This document shows positions 53,729 through 64,000 of a stretch of DNA of 64,000 nt, in pieces. The DNA comes from Epiperipatus broadwayi. Lineage: Eukaryota > Animalia > Onychophora. The number at the start of each line of letters is the position of its first letter. The first letter of the stretch is position 1. Both the position numbers and the translations under genes were made by a program. The notes below the pieces were generated by a model. The model made no database searches, was not told the DNA's origin, and was given only the letters and a program-made list of their open reading frames with translations. The stretch is from the NCBI GenBank assembly GCA_028023455.1, contig JAQFVV010000010.1:2418001-2482000 (forward strand), read 5' to 3'.

Positions 53729-54215
53729 GTACTTTGGGATTAGCGCTGCTGTGATGTAATCATCCGGCCATAATTATTCCAACGTTGCAAATATATTTTT
53801 ATTGCTAGTGAAATATCACTTTAGGCTTAGTAAATGTTACATTTAAAAAATGAGTTTTTGAATTCAAGTTAATTTAAAAAAATTAATATGAATACAATAT
53901 AAATAAAAGATTTGAATTAAATAAACTGAACGTTGAAAATTGATTTTGTTTATTAATTATTTTATCCAAAAATCTTTTATTTATATCGTATTCATAATAA
54001 TTTTTTAAAATCAACTTGAATTCACATTTTTTAAATAGAAAATTCGTATTCATAATAATTTTTTAAAATTTAGTGGAATTCAAAAACTTATTTTTTAAAA
54101 TATAAAGTATGCTAATCTTTAAAAAAAATAACAAACCTAAAGTGTTAGCATAATTCACAAAGTTAGAATAATTATGGCCGAATGATTACATCACAGGTGG
54201 CTAATCCCAAAGTAC
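53729..54215. mobile_element. MITE / fold-back element with long TIRs
   Basis: gtactttgggattagc..ctgtgatgtaatcat.cggccataattatt (from 53729) pairs with its reverse complement ending at 54215. There are inner inverted aaaaatgagtttttgaattc blocks and an internal ~26-bp direct repeat. Confidence 0.8.
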
Positions 54216-57199
54216 TAAAATTATTTTTCAGTTTAGTTATAATTTTAACCATTTCAGGAGTGCAAACAACAATGGCATGAATATGCTTTTTACCTTTTGT
54301 TATTTCATTTATAGATGATTCCTTTTTTCCCCATTAAAATACAAAATAAGTCAAATAATGCTGAGATACTAAAACATCCTGACCATCATCAATGCTCTGG
54401 CCACTTAGTACCATTAATGTACTGGTCAACTATAAACTAAATTTCTAAAGAAATAATAAATAAAATAAAATGTAGTGCATGGACTTTAAAGGATATCTCT
54501 TTTGCACCAACCAGGATCATCAACTGGATATCAATAACACTAAACATAAACCTTTACTTCATATAATTGTTATATACAAATCTAGCTTAGGAAGCAAGAA
54601 CTCTATAAACTTCAAATTATTTCTAGATTTACTCTATTATAAATAAGTAGTTTTATTGGGATCATAAAAAAATCCTGTTATGAAATAAAGTCACACACTA
54701 CAATTTATGAAACAGGAATTGGATAGAATAAAGAAATCAAGACTAAAATATATATTTTTAAATCAATTGTTTAATAACTAATTGATTAACAATAAACAAA
54801 AAAAAAAGAAGTCGTATGAAATTTTAAACATTCATTCCATCAAAAAATATATTTTTATAAAAAAATATAATCAATCAGTTGATTTCTATTCATAAATTAA
54901 CTTTTAATTAATTTACTTCTTTCAAATAATTAAGAGTTGGAAAACCAACATTTTCAAAATCAAAGATAATAATCTTTCTTTTATAATTATCAATTTTTCC
55001 CAAAAAAAAAAAAAATATTTTTTTTTATTATAAATGAAAATTTAATGTGCACACACATAAAAATATTTTCAACCATCATTTTATTTTTTTTTGTCTGTGG
55101 AGTTCTTCCCAATTATAATTTCCAGTTGAGTTTTTTTCTTGAAGACTTCTATACATGAACATGATTAATTGCTCCTTTTTCTGGTATGCAATATTTAATT
55201 TTCAGCTTAATAACAGCAAAATTTTATCCATTTTTTAAAATAAATTTCCCAGGTGACACTAACACATACAGAGACTCATGTTCTTGGTTGAAGACAAGGT
55301 TCCTTATTGCTTCAGGGGGTAACTTCTCTACATTTTGTTCTAGTGAAGGCAGGTTACATGGAGGAAGATGATCTCTAGCTAGGATGCTAAAAGCTTGTTT
55401 AAAATTTCTGTTGTCCTATGCAATAGCTTAGTTAAAATTGCTTTCTTCTTTAGCAATTGGATTAAGACTTGACAATTCTCTTCAATATTTAGGTAAAGAA
55501 TTTTTTTTTTTACCGAACAGACTTATTCACACCCCCATTATTTTTTTTCTAGCACAATCTTGCCTACAAGCCAATCACAATCTGTCGCCAACATGATAGT
55601 TATTATAACAGCCAATTAGATAATTTTTTAATAAATATAGTTATTTAGCTATTTTCCTTTTTAACCATAGATATTGAAAAATAAGTCAAGAACTTAAATT
55701 AACATCATAAAATTCTTGACATTAATTTCTAATTAAAAAAATTTATTGCGAAAGGAAAAACAAGATAATCAGTTAATTAGACTGATTTGATTTTTTGCAA
55801 TGAGGAGAGATTAAAAGGAAAAAAAACAATAACTCTAATTAGAAATAAAATTTACCAAAGTATTAAAATCCTATTTTGTTTTTTTTTTGTTAAAAAAAAA
55901 TAATACTCTTAAACATAAAACTTTATCTCTCTTTTAAGGTTAAAATTAATATCTATTAAATAATTTGCAAAAAATAGGAAATTATTTTCTCTTAGTACAT
56001 TTTCATAGTTTATATTAAAACTACTAATTAAGTATAATTACTGAAGAGAGAAAGAAAAAAAAACAACTTGTTTACATTATTTTATAAACGTCTCTCTCTA
56101 CAATAATTTATAACTCATTAAAATATTTGCATATTGAAATCATTATTATTTAACAAGTTTAATATTTGAGAATTCTCATACTATCATATTGGGACCTAAA
56201 ATATTCAGTTAATTGAAGATCCATTATTATTATAAAAAAAATGTGCATGAGAAAATTAAGTATTAATTTTGCCATTAATTAACCCTAAACTAAACCTCAG
56301 AAACATGCTGTCAACTATCTAATTTTTAATGCAGCTATGCAGCTAACTGATTACAATATATATATATTTACACATTACATTCTATTTTAATCTTGGTCTA
56401 AACCATCACTTAATTTATTTACTGCCGCATGCATTATTTTATTTATAAATTTGTTAAAAATATAATTTTCATCATAACTTTATATAATGTCAAAAATAAA
56501 ATATTAAAAAAACAACAACAACTAAAATAGCATAGAATATAATAAAGTTAAGAAAGTATAATCATTATGAAATTAAAAAAACCCAGCAATAATGAATTTA
56601 AATATTTTTAAAGTTATTAATTTTGAATTTACTCATAAATTGTTAATTTTAATTTGATAAAATTTTCATTAAAATGGTATATAATAATATTCACATATCA
56701 TATTTCATGCCAATTTTTTTTTGCAATGAATAGCAGATTTTTTTATTATTATTTTATTTTCAAGCCATGTCCCATCTAAAAGAGAACCTCTGGTTAGAAG
56801 GTGTCCATTTTTGTAAGAAAATAAATATTACATTATAATGCAGATTTACATAAAATAAGTACATATATGTACAGACATGTATACATATTTCACACAAACT
56901 ATATTTATAGACTGACTATAATTAATGTATTTTATACTTATATAACATAAATAATTTTAGAGAAAATTTTTAAATAATATTATTGACATATTTCATTATA
57001 AAGTAAATAATAATAAGAAAAATATAATTAATGTCTGATGTCTATACTTACTTGAAAATATGTATCAATTTCGTTTTAAATGTTCATCTCATATAAATTC
57101 TAAATAGTTTCTTTTTTCTATAAAAAATATTTTTTCGTAAAGAAAGTATTTCTATAAAAAAAAAAAAGTTGGTAAAAAAAACTGTATAAGTTAGATATA

Positions 57200-60100
57200 T
57201 ACAGTTTCCACCATTATATTGGGTATTGACTTATTTTTCAAATAAGATATTAGTTAATAGTGCCCTATGCCATGGAGTTACAGAAAACAGTCTCATAGAT
57301 AATTATCCGATACTCCTTTTGTTCTATTCATTGGCCAGATCTTCAATTTCACATTTCTTTTTTCATCTCTTATATATCACCCAGCAACTTTAATCTTTTT
57401 TATAGTTTCTTCTTGTTTCACATTTCCCTCCAAAACATCATTCATTAAACAATTTTTCTTCTTTGTATATGTCAATCTTCTTTTTATCTTTAATTTCTTA
57501 ATCTTCATTTTTTATTTACTTCTTTCAAAAACTTCTTCATTTATCATTTTATTAATCCAACTAATTTTCTGTGATCACATCTCAATCAATGGCTTCTCAC
57601 CTGTTCTTAATTCTTTTAGCCATTTTCACAACCATATAATATTGTACACATAGCACTTAATCTTTTTCTTAATTCTATCTTCAAAGATCTGCAACATATT
57701 TTTTTTTTTTAACAAATACCATCTTTGCCAATGCTATTTTTCTTTTATCTTCATTTTCAATTTTTCCATACTCACTCAATCAATTATTCAAATACCCAAA
57801 TTCACTGACTTATTGAACTATATTAACATAAATATCAACTTGTATTCTCAGTATTAATCTTTATTCTATATATTCTTCCTCCAATTTATTCAATATATTC
57901 TGGAGATTTTTTCCATCCTCAGAAAAATCATATCATCTGCAAATTTTATACATTTTATTGTTCTATCTTCAATATTAGCTCCTCTACAGTCTTTATATTT
58001 ATCTAACATGTTTTGTAAATAAACATTAAGAAGCATAGGTGGCAGAGAGCACCATCATTATTCTCTAATCTGATTCTTATCCTTTGTCCAATATATTTAT
58101 ATTCAAAGTCAATATTTCCAAAATATTTATTTTTCAAGTTGATCATAAGTTTATTCTAGATTATTCTATCAAATACCTTTTCCAAATCTGCAAAACATAT
58201 ACCAATTCCTTATCCTTTTCTAGTATATTTCTCTGCAAAAGTTCTAAAACACCAATAGCATTTGCTCTTTCTCCCTGAAAACCTCTTCTCCAATATAATA
58301 AATTATCCCATAATTTCTTCAATTAAAATTCTCAGTAATATTTTTGAAGCATGAGATAACAAACTTATTGTCCTGTAATTTTCTTTTAACAATTGGAATC
58401 ATTATAATCCATAATAAATCTTTAGGCTAAACTCCACTACTATTCATAAGTCAATAATTTCGTTCATAATAACTCATTCATCTCTTTCAAAAATTCTTTA
58501 AATATTAGAACTGACAGCTTTACCATTTTTCATTTCTTTAATTGATTTATTTCTTCTGTCAAAATACCCATATTCTGTTCATTTATTTCAAGACTTTTCA
58601 CTTTTAAGTTCATAATCAGTTATATTATTTTATCATCTGAACAGATATTGAAATACTCTGTCTCTTCTATATATCACCCCTATCAATTAATCTCTTTTCA
58701 ATCTTATCATCTATTTTACTCAATTCAGAGATGCTTAACCCATAGCTTGTGAGCCATATGTGGTTTGCACCATCTTTTTTTGTGACTCATTTTATGAATG
58801 ATATGAATTCGAAGCAGTGATTCTATATGGCTGAACTTTCATACCATTGAAACACAACTAAGGAATTGTAGTTACTGAGTGAGCAATCAGTTGTGATATT
58901 TTAAAGCAAATTTTCGAAGTTGTATGGAAACTAACAAATGGTTTCATCCAAGTATAAAAATGTGTGCTTGCTCTACATATTGTAATCATTAATTTGTTAA
59001 TAGTTATTTTGTAATTACTCTAATTATGTCTGCATATGAGCCAAAGGAAAAAAAAGGATGTACAACTATCATTTTCACAAGGAATGGGAAGAGAAGTATT
59101 TTTTTATATTTATTTTAAGGACAAATGTATCAGTTTGATTCGTGGTTCAATATTTGCTTTGGGGGAAAAATGCAACCTAAAACAACATTTTACAACAGTT
59201 TATGAAAAATATATTTTTTAAACAGCAATCTAAGAAAATCTAAAGTGAAAACCACATTAATTGCCCAGCAATTAATGTTTACCAAGACCACAAATAAATG
59301 AAATCTGCTGTAATCGCATCATTTAAGGTTGCACTTATACTTTCAGTGCACTAAAAATCCTTTGAGGAGGGGCAAAACTATTAAAGAAGCAGTACTTGCT
59401 GCATCAGCAATATTATTGCAAGAATTTAAAATAAGAATGAAATTTTGTCAGCTATCCAAGAAGTTTAATTATCCAGAAATTCCTGTCACTCATAGAATAA
59501 AAGCAATATCTGAAAATATTAGAGCACAAGTAAAAAATGATTTACAAAAATGTGTTTTTCTAAGTTTACAGTGTCACGAATCAACAAATATATGCAATAT
59601 AGCTCAAGTAAATATTTTTATAAGAATGGTCTTTAACAATTGTTCAGTGTTGTCATTAAAAGGAAATACACATGGAGGGGACATATGCCATGAAATTAAA
59701 AAACCACATTAAAGAAATTAATATCCCATTTCAAAAACATGTGTCCATAACACACAACACACCTGTTATGATTGATTCTGGTGCTGGCTTCATCACATTA
59801 TGTAAGAATGATGCTGAGTTTTTAAACTTTTTTCACTGCCATTGCATCATACATCAGTAAGCATTATGACAAAAGTGTTATCTGATAAATATGTCATAGA
59901 AGTTGAGCTAAAAATTATAAATTCTATTAATGCCAGACCACTTCAGAGAAGATTATTCAAAATATTGATTGATGAACTTGATGCTGAATATGGAACTTTA
60001 ATGTTGCATTCTGAAGTTCTATGGTTTACAAGGGAAAAATCCTATAATGGTTTTTAGAGATTCTTCCAGAAATAAAACAATTTGTTGAATCTAGAAATGA

Positions 60101-62250
60101 AACTTATGAAAAACTTGGTGATCATAACTGATTATCTGATTTAGCTTTTCTTATAGACATAACAACAAAAATGAATATACTCAATCTTGAACTTCAGAGA
60201 AAACAAAAAACTATTATTGAATTAATAAGAACTGTAAACACATTTAAACTAAAATTACATTTGTGGATATCCCAAATAAAGGAATGTAACTTTAAACACT
60301 TTCCAAATTTGGAGAACTGCATTAAGAAATATAAGAAAATCGAAACAGAAAAATATTATGAAAAGCTCACTGAATTTAAAAATAATATTGAAATTAGATT
60401 TTTTGATTTTCATAAAATTCAGCCAATCCATTTGTTGATACTAATATTTCTGAAATATCGTAGCGGATTGCAAATATAATAAATAAAAATGCCACCAATT
60501 TAGAAATGGAAATAATTGATTTAAACAAGGGTACTGCAAACAAAATTTTGGACATTTGTAGATGAAAAAAATATTCACATTTAAAGGAAAGTTTTCCACA
60601 ATTAAACTTCTGCTTTGGGTCAAACTTATCTTTGTGAGAGTGGTTTTAAGTTCAAATCCAAGATAATGAATGAACATCTGAATATCTGCATGACTTCAGC
60701 CATAACACCATATGTGCCAGAATACAGTAAAATAGCAGAAAACATGCAATGTCAAGTTTCACATTAGAATGTTTTCCCTGTATTTAATTTTTATTTAAGT
60801 CCATTACAAATAGGAATATAAGAATGTTTTTTTAATCATATTATAAATTTTTATTATTTGTGCATTAAATACATTAAAAGTGCAAAATTTATTTGTGATT
60901 CAATTTTTAAATTCTAAAGTGGTTCAAGCTAAGTTAAAGGTTGGGCAACACTGCATTAATCATTTCTTGTTTTTCAAGTGACATTTCTAATGCTTGTTGA
61001 AAAACTTCTTTCTCTCTACATTCTTGTTTAATCATTTTTCTTTTAATAAATCTCATTAGTTTATTCTTCTTCCTCACTATTGATATTATCCCATCTTTTT
61101 ATATTTCCTTCTTTTTCAGCATATCTTCTGTTATCCAAAGATACTTAGCTTTACTTAATTAAATAGTTCCTATTGAATTTTTTTGCTGTTTTTAATATTC
61201 TCTCTTCAGCTTACAACCAACACTTATAGAATCATTTATATATTCTTCATTTTATCAATCCTTTTTATTATTTTTTTTTTGTATATGAAACGAAAACTTC
61301 CATTCTCCAATTTATCCAAGTTCATTCTTACATATCTTTTCTTTGTTTTCACCCTTTTTAAATTTAATTTAGCCATAATCATATTATGGTCACAGTTTAT
61401 GTCAGAGGCAGGTAATGCATGTGAACCCTTGGTAGCATTTTCATATTCAATATCAATATATATATTACCTGGATCTTTCCACATATACAATCTTTTTGGA
61501 TGGTTTTTAAACCAAAAATTTGCCGACACAAAATTATTCTCTTTACAAAATTCCACAAGCTGATTACCTCTTTTATTCCTTTTTCATATACCATAATTTC
61601 CAACAATTTTTCATTCCTTACCTTTCCCCACAATATCATTCTAATTACCCAATAAGAATTTACATGCATTCTTACCCTCTATTGTATTATTATTTTTTTA
61701 TGTTTTCATACTATTCATGTATTTCTATATCATCATGACTAGAGTTGTCATATAAGTTTGTATGAATATCATATCCTTAGAAATTATAGTTATTTTTATC
61801 ATCATAAGTCTATTATCAACAGTCTACCTATGCAACATCCAAATTTTTTTTCCAACAGCAACATTAACTCTATTTACTGTTCTATCACCACCAGAATAAA
61901 ACATCATCCCTACTGGTTACTTTTCCACAGCTCTTTCACCTCACTTCAATTAATCCCATAATGTCAATATGATTTTTTTTTACCTTTTCAAATTTTCCAA
62001 TTTCCCAGCACTTCTGAATGATTTTATATTTGAAATATTAACTTTCACTGCACTATCTTTATGAGGATTTTGCAAGTTTATGACCTGAGTAGCCTCATGT
62101 TTACTCCTGCTGAGCCAGCAATAAAGCCTTTCATAGCTAAGATTATAACACCAATATGAATCAATCTTGCGCTCATATTCATGATAAAAAAAGAAGAGAA
62201 TTATAATGGAAAGTTGTTTTTCGTTGTCCTTGCTCAACAATAATCTTATT
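57200..62250 (-). mobile_element. Near full-length decayed RTE-type LINE interrupted by a hAT element
   Basis: Endonuclease start NIKSFRSAGKLENLKR (~62000); EFCKENNFVSANFWFKNHPKRLYMWK...SDINCDHNMIMAKL (ORF 61236-61556); KFADD at ~57935; coding phase continues across 58726-60953. Confidence 0.8.
58726..60953 (+). mobile_element. hAT (SPIN/Buster, GTF2IRD2/EPM2AIP1-like) transposon with pseudogenised transposase (~59030-60770)
   Basis: Motifs FHKEWE.KYFF, CESTNICNIAQVNIFIRMVF, HCIIHQ, LHSEVLW, DLAFLIDITTKMNILNLELQ and FG.TYLCESGF are present. Degenerate TIRs cagagatgcttaacc / ggttgggcaacactg. Confidence 0.88.
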
Positions 62251-64000
62251 ACAATCTTAAGATGATAGATATATGCAATACAAATCAGTTTTTTTTTCCA
62301 TTTAAGAAAATTATTCAGGTGTAAATGATAACCCTAATGATTTAACATTTAAAAATATTTATAATAAATAAGTATATACATACATTAATTCAGCTAAATA
62401 AAATAAATAATATGCTAATTTTTGAAAACAGGAAATGCTTAACTTATGTAAATAAATCTTATATGGAACTCAGAATATCTTAGATACAACAATGCCATAA
62501 TAATAATTAAAAAATAAACATTTTTCACCAACTAATTTTAAAGAAATTAATAATCATAACAACACATTTGCACAAAGCAGCAAATATTAAGGAAAAATAG
62601 CACAAAATGTTCGCAAATGATTTTGGGGAAAATTTGAAGCTTTTTTACATGGGTTAAAACAAATTTGATTACAATCCGTAAGAAAACAATAATCAGTATA
62701 TATAAAAACAAAGTACATTATTAATATATTATTTTTTATATCATTCTTTCCTACCTTATCTATCATCATTATTAGCAAAATTCTACATAGCAGTTGTAGG
62801 ATTTTTTGTGAGGTGGAATTTATTTTAATCAATCAGTTAAATTGAATTTATTTCATTTTTTAATATTTTCAGTTTTGAATATTTTACAGTTTGTAAATAT
62901 ACAAAGACTGAATAAAAGAAACTTCTGTTTATTGATAGAACAATTTTATTTACGATTTTGATTATTAATAGGCTTGATTGCCTCTCCTGCTTTTTGAATG
63001 TCCTTAAAAATAAATTTTATCAAAGTGTATTTGCAATTATAATTACATAAAAAACACAGATTTTTTTTTTTTTTTTATCTAATGTCAGATTTATATATAC
63101 TGTATATAAATTTTTTGAAGTACACATAAGAAAATTATTTAACAAAAAAGTATTCAATAAAAAAAAGCAATAGCTGGATTTTTATATTTTTAATTTTACA
63201 TTTGACTAAACTTGCATACGTTATGAGATACATTTGACTAAACTTTGCTCACCATTACTACAGTTTATCTTTTTCTAAGATGTTTGTGTTGAAATTTCAA
63301 TACTTCTTGTTTGATTTTGAAGTAATTCTGATTTCAAACCCAAACTTACTTTATTTGCAACCTAGTGTATTACATTATGTACTTCATTCTGAGAAATTTT
63401 AATTGTAGTGGTATCACTCATCCTATTTTTCATGTAGCTTGATTGAAAATCTAAATCTCCAAATTGTTATTCATATTTATCCATATTGCTTTACATTCAT
63501 AGATTTTTTATTATAGAATCTATTATTTTCACTATGCTTCCATAGAAGAAGTAACTTCTTTTGTTATGATTATTGTCTGGAGTCTGGATACTATTGCAAC
63601 TATTACATGTCTCATTTGTAAATAATTTAAAGCTTGATTTTTTTCCCCCGCATAAATTCTAGCAGCTTCCATATTTTATTTTTCTGGATGCTTTTTTAAA
63701 TTTTATTTCTCTATTTTTCACATTTTTTAAAAAAAATTTTAACAAGTTTTTTTGGGATAGAAATTTCAAATTAAATATGTATTTAGTCACTTATTGTGGA
63801 TGATATCTTTATAGAATTTCCATGATAAAACAATTGGGGGGGAAACATTTAATTTTTTAATATCTTTTGCTATTTATAGTCTTTTTTTATTTTCAAAACT
63901 GCTCAAAGTCCTTCAAAATTATTTATATAGATATAAAATAATTAATTTACTATTAAAAATTTAGCAACTTCTAAAATCTTAATAAAATCTCTAAAATAAT

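Noticed and set aside
62040-62240. HDV-like ribozyme expected in the RTE 5' UTR (also ~21400-21600)
   Set aside because: RTE elements often carry one, but I could not trace the nested double pseudoknot in these decayed copies.
631-62832. Most other 60-130 aa ORFs in the track
   Set aside because: They are low-complexity I/F/L/K/Y-rich products of AT-rich DNA or antisense to TE relics, with no coding signals.

Overview
AT-rich, largely CpG-depleted metazoan (invertebrate-like) genomic DNA. The only host gene I can identify is the 5' part of a Girdin/Daple (CCDC88, HOOK-domain) gene on the + strand. It has three coding exons (3091-3135, 3280-3380, 37067-37172) separated by a 144-bp and a ~33.7-kb intron; exon 4 was not found, so the rest of the window is probably intron 3. 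The introns are packed with decayed transposons: RTE-, CR1- and I/Jockey-type LINE relics, two hAT transposase relics, a piggyBac relic, a Penelope-like GIY-YIG fragment, several MITEs and tRNA-derived SINE heads. The most notable signal is a set of minimal type I hammerhead ribozyme (HHR) motifs with palindromic stem III. They occur in a 480-bp retrozyme-like array with a Pol III B-box (12.3-13.7 kb, solo relic at 45.2 kb), in a near-perfect 342-bp palindrome (49.6-49.95 kb), and as degenerate motifs at 7.0-9.5 kb and 30.6-31.2 kb. All four loci share a head-to-head inverted geometry typical of Penelope-type insertions. All calls are by-eye motif recognition; no searches or folding were run, and TE boundaries are approximate.
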